64,000 bases of DNA from Candidatus Marinacidobacterales bacterium (lineage in GTDB: Bacteria; Acidobacteriota; Vicinamibacteria; Marinacidobacterales; DATDRI01), in contig CBDCNP010000002.1 in the NCBI GenBank assembly GCA_965219415.1, positions 4,512,001 through 4,576,000 on the forward strand, given 5' to 3'. Under the pieces are notes generated by a model. It saw only the letters and a program-made list of their open reading frames with translations. It was not told where the DNA came from and searched no databases. Position numbers and translations under genes: made by a program. Positions within the stretch are counted from its first letter, which is position 1; each line of letters begins with the position of its first letter. Of the stretch, positions 11,154-21,738 are shown in pieces.

Positions 11154-11394
11154 TAAGCGCGTGATAATAGCATGAGCCATGGCCGGTGGGTCCTGGGGCT
11201 GGTAGGGTAGCCCGCTGCGCCGGACGGTTCCCCTGCTGATGCTCAGCGTGCCGACCAATAATAATGATGATGAAGGACACGCAATCGCTCCACCGATGTG
11301 TGCTTCCGCAGTCAAGTGTTGGTGGCCTCCGCGTAATCTGGGTAAACTGCACCAAATGACGGACTCTCACCCCGAATTGTCCTCGCGATATTAC

Positions 11395-11570
11395 GGTGCT
11401 TCCGCCATCAAGTGTTGGTTAAATGACGCTAAGACGTTACGGTGCATTAAGTTACAGCCAAAATAGCGCTCGTGACCTTCGCTGCGCGCTAAATGGAGCG
11501 TAAGCGCTTCTTTTGCAAAGGGATGCGTACACATCACCAACAGCAAACAGCGCAAGCACCGCACAGGACG
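11395..11570 (+). repeat. Complete 166-bp B MITE (11395-11560) fused to the last 10 bp of an A end
   Basis: GGTGCTTCCGC...GCGCAAGCACC inverted ends, then GCACAGGACG. A variant B' end is at ~11320. Confidence 0.9.
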
Positions 11571-11785
11571 GCGTCGTCAGGGCCTGTGACTTGTGATGAT
11601 GACTAATTTAAATTATGTCTATGTAGTAGAAAACTATTACTGTAAATAACTTACAGAATTGTATATATAAAGGCAACAGGATGTGTCGCCAGACTATCTG
11701 ATGAGGCACATCCCTCTGGCGGGGTGGTAGGGACAGCACGATGACAAGGACATGCCAAGCAACTGGAGAAGCCGTCCTCGTCCCT

Positions 11786-11855
11786 CGGATTCCAAGGGCG
11801 TCTAAGCTGCTGATTTGTGGTCTATTTCAAAAGGGCCGAGTTTTGGCACAGGACG
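11786..11855 (+). repeat. A-end fragment (C'-A subtype)
   Basis: CGGATTCCAAGGGCGTCTAAGCTGCTGATT...GGCACAGGACG, as at 25305-25373 and 42173-42243. Confidence 0.88.
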
Positions 11856-12193
11856 GGATGACGCGGGCGTATCGGTCATCGAATACACCCTTCAATCCGG
11901 CACCAGCCACGAAACCTGGCAGCGCAAACAGCGAGCGGATCGACTGGGAATTTTTCACTCGGTTAGCCTATCCTAAAAATGGACCACTTTTCAGCACCTG
12001 ATGAAGTACTGGATACCTTTTCCACACAATGAGTTACACTGTTTTCCGTCAGGACTTACCCACACGAATCCGCGTAGACCCCTTATTACTAACGACTTAT
12101 TCTTGTGGACCCTTAATTTCTGTCTTAGATTCTTGTTTGGTAGTCCTGCCGGTATCCTTAGATCGTTCAACTTATTAAAAAGGGGGACGTACC

Positions 12194-13288
12194 GTGGACT
12201 CGGATCCGAAACAGTCTCTCTCGGCTTCAGACCCAACTGGCTCGTGGGGCGCGCACCCAGAGCTCAAAGCCGCTAGCGCGGTCGCGCCCTTTGCCGAATC
12301 CTCTCCTGCGCCAGTGGTGCATCCGGTCGTTGCGGCGACAGCGCGCAAGAAGGCGCAGCCTAGCAAAGGCCGTATCATTGCGGTTGGCGGCGGCAAAGGC
12401 GGCGTTGGCAAGAGCCTCATTACGAGCAGCGTCGGGATCTCTCTTGCACGGCACGGCAAGAAAGTGGTGGTTATCGATGCCGACCTCGGCGGAGCGAATC
12501 TCCATACTTGCTTGGGCTTGTCCACACCGTCGCTCACGCTGAGCGATTTCATCAGTCGGCGCGTCGAGTCGATTGACGACGTGATTCTCGAGACTGGCGT
12601 CAAGAACCTCGGACTCATCAGCGGCGCACACGACCATCTCGCCGCGTCGAATCTGAAATATGGTCAGAAAACCCGACTCTTGTCCTGTATCGCTGCCGTG
12701 GACGCCGATTTCGTCTTGCTCGACATCGGTGCTGGGATCTCGTTCAACATCGTCGACTTCTTTCTCATTGCGGAGCAAGGGCTCCTCGTCGCGATCCCCG
12801 AGCCGAGCTCGATCGAGAACGCCTACCGCTTCCTAAAAATGAGTTTTTACCGTCATCTGTGGCGCGCTTTGAAGTCGAGCCCGGTGCGCAAAGTAGTTGA
12901 GCAAGCGATGGACCAAAAGAATCGCGACGGCATCCGCACGCCCATCGATCTTCTCGACGCTGTGGAGCGTCGCGACAGTGCTACCGGACGCTATCTCAAG
13001 GAGCAAGCCTTCTCGTTTCGGCCGCGGCTTCTGATCAATCAGGTCCGCTACCCCGAGGACGAGGGTCTCGGCGCGTCGATGGCCAGCGTCTGCCGTCGCC
13101 ATCTCGGAATCGCTATCGACGCCATCGGCTCGGTGCGCTTCGACGAGAGCGTTTGGAAGGCGAACCGCAAACGCAGACCTTTCATGCTCGACTTTCCCGA
13201 ATCCGCAGCAGGAAGCTCCCTTGAGCGTGTGGCACAGGCTTTGATGTTCGGGCCACCCACTTTAGCGCGCACGGAGAGACGAAGTTGA
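12194..13288 (+). CDS. MinD/FlhG-like P-loop ATPase
   Basis: Deviant Walker A GGKGGVGKS and DADLGGANLH. Confidence 0.88.
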   Translation: MDSDPKQSLSASDPTGSWGAHPELKAASAVAPFAESSPAPVVHPVVAATARKKAQPSKGRIIAVGGGKGGVGKSLITSSVGISLARHGKKVVVIDADLGGANLHTCLGLSTPSLTLSDFISRRVESIDDVILETGVKNLGLISGAHDHLAASNLKYGQKTRLLSCIAAVDADFVLLDIGAGISFNIVDFFLIAEQGLLVAIPEPSSIENAYRFLKMSFYRHLWRALKSSPVRKVVEQAMDQKNRDGIRTPIDLLDAVERRDSATGRYLKEQAFSFRPRLLINQVRYPEDEGLGASMASVCRRHLGIAIDAIGSVRFDESVWKANRKRRPFMLDFPESAAGSSLERVAQALMFGPPTLARTERRS

Positions 13289-13980
13289 TGCTAAGACGGC
13301 TCAGCGAGCAAGACCATTATCAAGTTCTCGAGGTTTCGTACGACGCGAGCTCCGAAGAGATCCAGTCGGCCTTCGAGACGGCCCGCGACATCTACTCTCA
13401 CGAAGCGCTCGTTTCCAGCTCGATTCTGTCGGACCGCGAGCGCCGTCGCACGTTCCACCGGATCTCGGAGGCGTATCAGATGCTCATTGCTGAAGAAAGC
13501 CGCCGTCTCTACGATAAGAGGCTCGGGGTTCCGGAACCGGTCGTGCGCCGGGAGCAAGGGTCGAGGTTCGCCACCGCCGACAACGTCGAGGCGACGTCCA
13601 CGAATGGCGACGTCGCTCCGTCCGAGGCCCACGCTGAGCGGGAGCACGTCTCCGCCGACGATGTCGAGACGCCCGAGAAAGCGGCGGGCTCGGAGAGTTC
13701 CGTGCGCGAGTGCCCGCTACAACTCGAGACGTCCGCAGAAGCGACTGGAGCGTTTCTTAAGGCGGCGCGACAGGCGATGGGACTCGAGTTGGCAACCATC
13801 TCTAAAGAAACGAAAATCGGCTGCTCCATGCTCGAATATATCGAGAACGAGAGACTCGATCGCCTCCCGGCCGCGGTCTATTTGCGCAATTTCACCAGGC
13901 AATTTGCCCGTTGTCTCGGGCTCGACGAAGATCAGGTTTCGACGACCTACTTGGAGCGCATCCACCGCCTCCAAAGCTAA
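13285..13980 (+). CDS. J-domain-like plus RodZ-type HTH protein
   Basis: N-terminal DHYQVLEV...EAYQML..RRLYD and C-terminal LEYIENE..DRLPA.VYLRNF..QFARCLGL. Confidence 0.78.
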   Translation: MMLRRLSEQDHYQVLEVSYDASSEEIQSAFETARDIYSHEALVSSSILSDRERRRTFHRISEAYQMLIAEESRRLYDKRLGVPEPVVRREQGSRFATADNVEATSTNGDVAPSEAHAEREHVSADDVETPEKAAGSESSVRECPLQLETSAEATGAFLKAARQAMGLELATISKETKIGCSMLEYIENERLDRLPAAVYLRNFTRQFARCLGLDEDQVSTTYLERIHRLQS

Positions 13981-14040
13981 CGCCCGATCCCGCGCTCACA
14001 AGCTGCTATAGTTAGGAGCTTTGGACGGGAGGTCTCTCTT

Positions 14041-14139
14041 TTGCCCACGCTCTCCGTGGTGATCCCTTGCTACAACGAGACGCTTACGATCGAGACGATC
14101 GTCGACGCGGTTTCGAAGAGTGAGATCGAGGATCTCGAG
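14041..14139 (+). pseudogene. Glycosyltransferase family 2, first ~33 codons only
   Basis: TTG-PTLSVVIPCYNE..TI, joined to an rve fragment. Confidence 0.75.
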
Positions 14140-14317
14140 ACGCGCGCGCCAAGCCGTCGCCGAACTCATCCATCATTATCATAGAGAGCGCAAACATCAA
14201 GGACTTGGGAACGCGTTGATCGCAGCCGAAGAATGCGTCGGCAGTCCTCACGGTAACGTGCCGATGTTGTACGCGATGGGGCGGCTTGCTCATTTATTCC
14301 ACCGCGCCGCCGCATAG
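14140..14317 (+). pseudogene. rve transposase C-terminal remnant
   Basis: AVAELIHHYHRERKHQGLGNALI...RAAA*, homologous to the end of 20213-21280. Confidence 0.8.
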
Positions 14318-14393
14318 GAGTTCGGGCGCGCCAAGCTGGACGGAACGGATGCTCCGGAGGAGAGTTCTGCTCGGGCTCGCCTATCGAAGACCC

Positions 14394-14571
14394 CGTCCTG
14401 TGCCAAAACTCGGCCCTTTTGAAATAGAGCATCAATCAGCAGCTTAGTGTCTGTGTTTGCGGCCGTGCCAAGGGCCGAGCGCGAACAAACGACGAAATCA
14501 TGCAGGCATGGTCCCGGCAGACCGGAGACCAATCAAGTTTGGGGCGCGCGGATGAATAAATAGAAGGCACA
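14394..14571 (-). repeat. Complete C-A MITE (178 bp)
   Basis: CGTCCTGTGCCAAAACTC...GAATAAATAGAAGGCACA. Confidence 0.9.
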
Positions 14572-14727
14572 ACTCAGTTGGGCGCGCAACTCGGTCTCTT
14601 CCGCACCTGTCCCACTGCCCGCAGCCGCGTAGCAACACTTGATGGCGGAAGCACCGGAGCGACAATCAGAAGATCGTGTAGATGAACGGCGCCTCGGTCA
14701 GTTTCGTCGAGGTCATGAGCGCTGTGA

Positions 14728-16023
14728 TCACCGCCAGTTGAGATTGGTGTCGTTTGAAAAAGGTTTCTTGCCCCACGCTGGATCTTGGCCGGGACACGTA
14801 GTCGGGGGTTCGAGGCCATCAAACTCCCATTGGTTCGGCGGCGGTCCGGCTGCACCAATAGCAAAACACCAGCCCGTCACTGTCCGGCGCCAGGCATACC
14901 AGGATTGGCTGTCTTCGGAGACACGAAGTGTGATGCCTGATTCTTCGGGCAGGCCACTGCGCGTGAGATCCTTGCCGATGATCTGCAGGAGGTCATCGCG
15001 GTATCGCCCACCGCGGTTGCCGTACCAGCCCATTTGATACATGTGCAGTTTCGACAAAGCGTCGATCGTCTCCTTAAACTCGCGGCGGTCGAGGCGTCGC
15101 CCCCGTTCATCTGTGTCGTCCGAGCCGGCATAGCGGCGCAGACGTTCCTGTTCATCTGCTACCGCGCGTACCGCTTCTCTCTGTTGTCTTTTGAAGTTGC
15201 CTATGATCTGACGAGCTGCCGTGAAAGTGGAGGCCGCGGAAAGCTCTCTGACCCAATATGCGTGAAATCTGGATAGGTCGCGGATACGAACGTGGAACGA
15301 AATGAGCAGTGCTGCACGGGCGCGCCAGCGGGCACGGCCATCTTCGTTGAAGGAGTTGATACGGCGGAACGCTGAATCGTAGGAGAGATAGAGGCTAATG
15401 CCATAGATGAACGGTAAGAGGCCGATCGTCAACCAAACCGGCAGGCCGAACTTCAGCAAGAGCGCACGCGCGTCAATCTGGCCCCAGCCGAGATACCCCC
15501 GTCGCGCTGTGTAGATAAGCAAGGCACAGCCGACCACCGTGAGCAACGCCTCGCAGAATATCTTTGAGCGCCGGTGTTCCGGCTTGAAGCTACCGACGGT
15601 TGCGCAGAGCGTCAGGATTAAGACTACAGGCTGTAGCGCGAGTTCCACCGGCAGGCTCATCACATACAGGTTGACGAAGAACCCAACAAACACAACGACG
15701 CCGACCGTGTCGAGCATCGTCCGTCTGAAGAAACGCGGGTCAGTGGCTGCCTGCGTGCAGTTAAAGAAAAGAACAGCTGCCGAGCCAACCGTCCACGGAA
15801 CCGTATCTTTGGCAAAGGCTGCGTTCCAGAGCGACAGATGGGTGCCGACCCATAACTCAAGGCCAATCCATGCGAACATCGCCAAGAGTGGGATGATGAT
15901 GACGGGCTGTAAGAACAGCTTGAGGACGCCGCAGAGGCCCGATCTCTGCTTCGGTTGGAACAGCAGCCAAAGCGTAGCGACGCCTAACCAGAGAAGGACC
16001 GCGATCTCACGGTTGTTGAGCAT
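14728..16023 (-). CDS. Hypothetical multi-pass membrane protein with soluble C-terminal domain
   Basis: 431-aa ORF with about 7 hydrophobic segments, TTG start preceded by GGTG. Confidence 0.7.
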   Translation of the reverse strand: MLNNREIAVLLWLGVATLWLLFQPKQRSGLCGVLKLFLQPVIIIPLLAMFAWIGLELWVGTHLSLWNAAFAKDTVPWTVGSAAVLFFNCTQAATDPRFFRRTMLDTVGVVVFVGFFVNLYVMSLPVELALQPVVLILTLCATVGSFKPEHRRSKIFCEALLTVVGCALLIYTARRGYLGWGQIDARALLLKFGLPVWLTIGLLPFIYGISLYLSYDSAFRRINSFNEDGRARWRARAALLISFHVRIRDLSRFHAYWVRELSAASTFTAARQIIGNFKRQQREAVRAVADEQERLRRYAGSDDTDERGRRLDRREFKETIDALSKLHMYQMGWYGNRGGRYRDDLLQIIGKDLTRSGLPEESGITLRVSEDSQSWYAWRRTVTGWCFAIGAAGPPPNQWEFDGLEPPTTCPGQDPAWGKKPFSNDTNLNWR

Positions 16024-16139
16024 TGGAGAAACACCGCCGCTGTTCTGATTGCGTCTGGACCGCGCTCGAGAACTCGGGAGCTATAATCGGTGAGCGCTCT
16101 TCCTCCCGGCTTCGCTGGCAGCGATGCAGACGGTTGTCC

Positions 16140-16620
16140 TCTATGAAGTTTCAATTTTCTCTTAAGCGGGGGCCTTATCCTCCATCGCTACCCTCCCCGC
16201 TATCCAGCAGGCCGAGGCTGTAGCCCAACCGGTAGTTTTGCCCCGTCTCGGACGACCCGAAGCCGACCCGCGGTGTTCCGACGAAGCGGTGTCCGACCAG
16301 CCATCCCGTAACCGAGGTCTGCGAGGACGCCCGCCGGATGCTTGGCTGCTGCGGGCTGTCAGCCCGGTCATCGTCTCCCGGCCCCACAGCGCCCCCTGTG
16401 GCTTGCCCGCCCCACGAAGGCGCCACCCCCGTGCCGTAAAGCTCAGCGGCGTCGAGGGTGTCGGGTCGAAGCCCGACACGCCCCGGTCCCGGAAGCCTTC
16501 GGCCTCGTGCACTAGCAGCATCCGCACCCGCACGTCCGCTGACAGGCCCAGCGAAGGGTCCGACACTACCAGACCGCTGCCGAGCCCTCGGTGCGCTCGA
16601 CCGGCGTAGCGTGGAAACAG
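16140..16620 (-). pseudogene. Degraded C-terminal beta-barrel (autotransporter-like) domain of a large surface protein
   Basis: Frameshifted pieces LLVHEAEGFRDRGV, DPTPSTPL, APSWGGQATG, LWGRETM and VGHRFVGTPRVGFGSSE..YRLGYSLG (family recalled from memory). Confidence 0.55.
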
Positions 16621-16792
16621 TTTCAGGAACACGCTTCGATATTCACTCTCGACTAGGTGGTCATCTGCATGGTGACGACCCGCCCGCCCAAGACGATTGT
16701 AAAGCCCACGGCCCTTGGCCCGGTCGCAAACACAGACACTAAGTTGCTGATTTATGGCCTATTTCAAAAGGGCCGAGTTTTGGCACAAGACG
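16621..16792 (+). repeat. Right end of A-type rve element
   Basis: Matches rc of 55552-55725, encodes the ..RLGG.L tail and ends GGCACAAGACG. Confidence 0.85.
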
Positions 16793-16793
16793 G

Positions 16794-16880
16794 GGTTGCG
16801 CGCCCTACTGAGCAGGAAAACTTCGATCCGCAACCACAAAGGAATCGTCGTCGCCAAGAAGATGTCTCGAAAGGTGAGCC
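16794..16880. repeat. 87-bp segment duplicated at 53974-54060 (probable transposase 3' remnant)
   Basis: GGTTGCGCGCCC...AAAGGTGAGCC in both places. Minus strand reads RTPAMQASLTTRRLTFRDIF. Confidence 0.75.
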
Positions 16881-17743
16881 GTCGCGTGGTCAGACTGGCC
16901 TGCATAGCCGGCGTTCGGATCTCACGTCCGAACTTCAGAGCTCCGTGCGCTCTGGTCTTCAGGAGACTTGGCGTCGCCGCCTCGATGGTGCTGTCAGGTA
17001 GTCCGTCACAGGTCACCTTCGTCCGGTTCGCCCGAAAGCTCATTCAACCAAGTGCAGTCATGCTCGCGGCAGTGCTCGTTCACGCATCCGTTCAGTCCGA
17101 TCAGTTCCTTGCAGCGAATGCAAAAGGCGTACTCGGGCAGCCGCCCGGCTGTCGCGCACGCGGCAGGGCCGGCTTCGATTCCACACGAGCGGTAGTACGC
17201 CCATACTTCGGCTGTTGTCTTCGCCTTCCCGTGTTGTCCTCTCTGTGACTGCATCCACTTGTCTACTTTCGCCGGATGCCCAAAGCACTCCACCGTCATC
17301 ACGCGTGGCCCGGTCGGCCGCACCTGGGTTCCCGCGATCTCGACGTTTTCGACTGCGCGATCGGGCGTAGTCACTTCGACGAGGCTGTAGCTGGGCGGGA
17401 AGCCTCTCGTTTCGAAGTGCCGCCACGCCGGCGTTCGCACGGGTCCCATCACTCCGGGCAATACGATCCGGTGTGAGCCCTTCTGTGTTCTTCGCTGGCT
17501 CACCCCGTCCGCGTTCTCGGGGCCTTGGAGCAGTGTGTCCTTGGCCGCTGCCCGCAGTACCGCCTCGAGGTTCCTCGCTCGCTCGATGCCGTCGGCGTTC
17601 AAGTAGGAGTCGCGGCATGCCTCAAGGTACTCGCTTCGCTCCGGCAACTCGTGGAGCAGTTCGCTGCAACGCCGTGCTGCTGTGCCGGTCGCTACCACCT
17701 TCACCTTGTCACCTCCGCGGGATGCTCTGTACGATATTACACG

Positions 17744-17845
17744 CGTCGTGTCCAAAAAAATACAAACGAACTCTAAGACCCGCGCGCCAGGCCGTCGCCG
17801 AATTCATCTATCATTTTCATGGAGAGCGCAACCACCAAGGGCTGA
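17744..17845 (+). repeat. D end fused to rve C-terminal remnant
   Basis: CGTCGTGTCCAAAA...AAGACC, then AVAEFIYHFHGERNHQGL. Confidence 0.8.
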
Positions 17846-17921
17846 TTCTGGAATCTGACTCTCAAAGTCGGCTGCAACTCGGAACACCAAGCGAACACAA
17901 TTAGGACGATCCTTTTCACTC

Positions 17922-18266
17922 TTAGTCATCTGATTGGCTCCTTGCGTCAATGGTGTATGCCTGAACGGCTCTTCGGATTGCTTCGCACTCAGCGTCACTC
18001 TCCACCGTGTGTCCTGCTAATCCTGTCCTTATGGTTCCGTCTGATGTTTCAAACACCCGCTGGACCGTTGTGGTAAGGATCACCGAACAGCCCGAACCGT
18101 CATCTTGCTCCCCGACCAAAATCAGGTGCTCAATGTTGGCTACGAAGTTTCCCCACCGTACGAACTTCGGTTCAAAGGATGCTGCGGCCAGCAGTGCTCC
18201 CACCGTGAGCACGATCGCGGCTACTATGGTCCCACCCGCTTGAATTAGTGCATCAGCTTTTGGCAC
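17922..18266 (-). CDS. Small hypothetical membrane-anchored protein
   Basis: 114-aa ORF with N-terminal hydrophobic helix. TATACT lies 6 nt upstream of the GTG. Confidence 0.5.
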   Translation of the reverse strand: MPKADALIQAGGTIVAAIVLTVGALLAAASFEPKFVRWGNFVANIEHLILVGEQDDGSGCSVILTTTVQRVFETSDGTIRTGLAGHTVESDAECEAIRRAVQAYTIDARSQSDD

Positions 18267-18332
18267 GCTGGCAGTATACCACCGGGTTGTGGTGATGACG
18301 TTAACCCCTGCTCGTTGAAGGAGGCACTGCTA

Positions 18333-18575
18333 ATGACCATTCTGCATCCCACGTTCCCAGGTAACGGTGACTTTCATCCTGATCGAGTCAGCGCCTTCAA
18401 GCGTTCGGAGCTTGGAGGGGTAATCGTCCTTCTGGATGATGGCCGAGAACCGGAGTGGCTGATCCCCGATGCGCAGTGGGACGAGTTCTGCCGCGATACG
18501 CTCGCGTGTATCAACAGGCGGGAGCTTGAGCGCCGTGATCTGGAAGGTGGTCCCGTCATCGAACCGAAATCGTAG
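18333..18575 (+). CDS. Small hypothetical protein
   Basis: AAGGAGG Shine-Dalgarno before the ATG at 18333. Confidence 0.55.
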   Translation: MTILHPTFPGNGDFHPDRVSAFKRSELGGVIVLLDDGREPEWLIPDAQWDEFCRDTLACINRRELERRDLEGGPVIEPKS

Positions 18576-18758
18576 CGTGTGAAGAGTACCGCTCTGCTTG
18601 GTCATAGGCATCTGTCTCCCTAGGTAGGATTGTATGTAAGGTCGGAGAAGTTCCGTGGTACGGTTTGGTACGAGCGACTCAAAGCGATGCACAACGCCGG
18701 CCGGCGAAAACGACGGCAACATCGAAACCAGAGAGAGGCTCGTACGGAACGGCAACCC

Positions 18759-18839
18759 CGTCCTGTGCCAAAACTCGGCCCTTTTGAAATAGACCATAAA
18801 TCAGCAGCTTAGTGTCTGTGTTAGTTTTGGCACAGGACG
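18759..18839. mobile_element. 81-bp minimal A-A MITE
   Basis: Perfect 17-bp inverted ends CGTCCTGTGCCAAAACT / AGTTTTGGCACAGGACG. Confidence 0.88.
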
Positions 18840-18847
18840 GGGTCAAT

Positions 18848-19099
18848 ATGTTTAGGTTGGAAATAGTGAACCTGTACCAAATGCTTGAGAAGCACGGGAT
18901 GACAATTCCGAAGATCGAACCTGATGAGAGCTTCTATACGGATGACACCCTTTACAATTTTCATCTGTCTACCCTCCAAGAACTTAGCAGGCTTATACGA
19001 TACGGAAACTTTAACCTCGAAAAATGGAATGATGAGATCGTAGAACGAGAGAGGAGACGCGAAGAGACGGCCGCGTTAGGAAGATCGTGGAACGAATAA
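18848..19099 (+). CDS. Small hypothetical protein or 3' gene fragment
   Basis: Low-GC ORF starting 9 nt after the A end. Confidence 0.4.
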   Translation: MFRLEIVNLYQMLEKHGMTIPKIEPDESFYTDDTLYNFHLSTLQELSRLIRYGNFNLEKWNDEIVERERRREETAALGRSWNE

Positions 19100-19313
19100 A
19101 ACGACGTTATTGATGAACATGCTACACTTCCTATTGCTAGATGGTTTCTCACAAGTCGGCCCTGACGTTGGGCCACTCGCTGAATATAAAACCTTCAATG
19201 GGGAGAGGAAATAGGCGAAAAATCTGCACTATGACTCGTGTAGAACCTGCCTGGCGACTGACCCGACGACCACTTCCGGGGCATCGGGAATCTCAAGGGA
19301 GAACAAAATCGCC

Positions 19314-19931
19314 ATGCGAAGTTTTGCGGTGTTTCTGATGGTGCTGTGCCTCGCCGCCTTTGCCGAAGGTCAGGAGATGAGCAAAGCGGACGCGGGCTCA
19401 GCCCTCTTTAACGTGGACGGAAGATCGGTCGGCTCTAACAAGGACTCCTCGTTGCGCAGGGAATGGGTCGCCGTCCATGACGAAAACCTGCCACTGATGT
19501 TCGTAGGAACGCCCGGCGTAGAAAGGGCAAAAGGCAATGCTGCTTACAGCGCCAGAACGCACTTGACCCCGAGATCAAATCAGACTGTAACGGCAGTCGA
19601 GATTAACTTTGTGCTACTCGACTTGTTCGGCGAATGCATTACGACGCTCTCCGCTACGAGAGCCATTGACATCGCCGCAGGTGAGAAGAAGACGTTCAAT
19701 TTTAAATGGAACGTCTACGGAGAGGAATACAAGGCCGTCATCGCCTCATGGCGAACCGAAAACAAGACAAATTTTATGTCCAAAAGATTTTTTCCGTCCA
19801 AAAGATTCTTGACGTCGATCGCCTTCATCGCCAAAGTACGAACCACTGACGGGCAGGTTCATTTAGCCAACATCGACACCGCGAAAGTGGTGACGCAGTT
19901 TATTGAGGAAGGACGACGAACTGATGAATGA
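19314..19931 (+). CDS. Hypothetical secreted protein
   Basis: 205 aa with signal peptide (MRSFAVFLMVLCLAAFAEG) and GGGAG upstream. Confidence 0.65.
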   Translation: MRSFAVFLMVLCLAAFAEGQEMSKADAGSALFNVDGRSVGSNKDSSLRREWVAVHDENLPLMFVGTPGVERAKGNAAYSARTHLTPRSNQTVTAVEINFVLLDLFGECITTLSATRAIDIAAGEKKTFNFKWNVYGEEYKAVIASWRTENKTNFMSKRFFPSKRFLTSIAFIAKVRTTDGQVHLANIDTAKVVTQFIEEGRRTDE

Positions 19932-20212
19932 CGAGACACACAAGACAAGGAATGACCGATGCCGAACCAGCAGAGGATGTCTTCGGCAAACAACTGAAAG
20001 AGGGGCTCGATCGGATTATCGAAGAGAACGATAAAAAGGAGAGAGCGTGAATAAATATACAATTTTTGCATAAGTTGCGGAGGTACTCGTCTGGTCAATA
20101 AACTCAAACGCGCTCCCGTAGGCCAGTTTGAGAGGGCTTGGCCTCGGTCTGTTAGACCGGTTGAATCACAGGTCGTGGTCAGGTACTTACTCTAGTTCTC
20201 CGGGGAGACACA

Positions 20213-21280
20213 ATGGACTGGAAGACAATGCTGGCGTACATCACGGGATCGGTCGACCGAGAACTGCTCCTGCGCAACGAGTACCTCGTTACCGAGAATC
20301 GTATTCTTCGAGATCAGCTGCAAGGCCGTTTGCGCCTGACCGATGGTGAGCGGAGAACCTTGGCGGAGATCGGAAAACAGCTCGGCAAGCGCGCGCTCGA
20401 AGAGGTAGCGAGTATCGTCAGGCCCGATACGATTTTCGGGTGGCACCGCAAGCTCATCGCCAGGAAGTTCGACGGTTCCAAGAACCGGACGTATCCGGGG
20501 CGACCACGAATCGACGAAAAGATCGAACAGCTGATTATCCGCTTCGCGAGAGAGAACCGATCGTGGGGCTATGATCGCATTGCCGGGGCCATGGCGAACC
20601 TCGGGTATCGAGCGAGCGACCAAACCGTCGGCAACATACTGAAGCGCCACAGTATACCGCCCGCGCCGGAGCGAGAAAAGACAACGACGTGGAACGAGTT
20701 CATCCGCTCGCACATGGACGTCCTTGCGGCAACGGATTTCTTCACCGCGGAGGTGTGGACGAAGTCCGGGCTGGTCACCTACTACGTTTTATTCTTCATA
20801 CACCTGGCTACGCGACGCGTTCATATTGCCGGTATCACACCCTATCCAGACGAAAGGTGGATGACCCAAGTGGTCCGGAATGTGACCATGGCGGATGTCG
20901 GCTTTCTTTGCTCGACCCGCTACTTGATCCACGATCGCGACTCGAAATTCTGCGCGTCGTTTCAGCGGACACTCGAAGAGGTGGGTATCAAGACCGTCAA
21001 ACTGCCTGCGAGAAGCCCGAATTTGAACTCCTTCGCGGAGCGCTGGGTGAAGTCTGTGAAGGAAGAATGTCTATCGAAGCTGATCTTGTTCGGCGAGCCA
21101 GCATTCAGACGGTGTCTGGCTTCCTATCTCGCTCATTATCATGGAGAGAGGAACCATCAAGGCAAGGAAAACGTCATTCTCTTTCCGTCTGTAGAAAGCA
21201 GCGGCCCCCGCGAAGGGCCAATCCTTTGTCGGGAAAGGCTCGGTGGGCTGCTGAGATACTACCACCGAGAGGCGGCATGA
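20213..21280 (+). CDS. Integrase-core (rve) DDE transposase, apparently intact
   Basis: ATDFFT, LIHDRDSKF, SPNLNSFAERWV and RLGGLLRYYHREAA. Confidence 0.92.
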   Translation: MDWKTMLAYITGSVDRELLLRNEYLVTENRILRDQLQGRLRLTDGERRTLAEIGKQLGKRALEEVASIVRPDTIFGWHRKLIARKFDGSKNRTYPGRPRIDEKIEQLIIRFARENRSWGYDRIAGAMANLGYRASDQTVGNILKRHSIPPAPEREKTTTWNEFIRSHMDVLAATDFFTAEVWTKSGLVTYYVLFFIHLATRRVHIAGITPYPDERWMTQVVRNVTMADVGFLCSTRYLIHDRDSKFCASFQRTLEEVGIKTVKLPARSPNLNSFAERWVKSVKEECLSKLILFGEPAFRRCLASYLAHYHGERNHQGKENVILFPSVESSGPREGPILCRERLGGLLRYYHREAA

Positions 21281-21738
21281 AAACTGGAGCCACGGCCGGC
21301 GAGAAGGAAATTCAGACCACCGGGTTCTTTGTCTTCGGCGCCCTCACTTTGATCGTGGCACTCCTTAAGCTGGCCGTTTTCAGCGACTGGTCGTGGTGGC
21401 GAGTATCACTACCCATCTTGATCTTTGTCGGCTTCAATATCGCTTACATAGTCACGGGCTTTGGCTATCTGTCCTTTGCTGAGGCCAGGGAAAGACCCTC
21501 CCGGGACGAAGTCAACCCACTCGGTCAGCATCACGGCCCGCTCTACTGGAGCTCGATGCTCTTCTTCGCGGCGTTTGCCGATAATCTGGTCCGATACCTG
21601 GAAGGCACCGAGGACTCATTCTGGTTTTGGGGTCTGTCTGGGCGCCTTGAAGCGGTGTTCATTTTCGGCAGTCTCAGTATCGTCGGCCTATTCCTGTATT
21701 GGTCGGCGATCACACGTAGCCTTGTTGAGCCGGAGTAA
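21277..21738 (+). CDS. Hypothetical 4-TM membrane protein (passenger)
   Basis: ATGA overlap with the transposase stop. Hydrophobic helices and DWSWWRV motif. Confidence 0.7.
   Translation: MKTGATAGEKEIQTTGFFVFGALTLIVALLKLAVFSDWSWWRVSLPILIFVGFNIAYIVTGFGYLSFAEARERPSRDEVNPLGQHHGPLYWSSMLFFAAFADNLVRYLEGTEDSFWFWGLSGRLEAVFIFGSLSIVGLFLYWSAITRSLVEPE

Noticed and set aside
11590-11675. AT-rich tract as origin or CRISPR leader
   Set aside because: No iterons, DnaA boxes or adjacent array recognisable.
16238-16609. Group II intron or ncRNA in a GC-rich stretch
   Set aside because: Better explained as a frameshifted beta-barrel coding remnant. No domain V or RT seen.
17006-17755. 249-aa minus-strand ORF as a gene
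   Set aside because: It starts inside repeat D and has no recognisable motif. It may be a fragment but cannot be supported.
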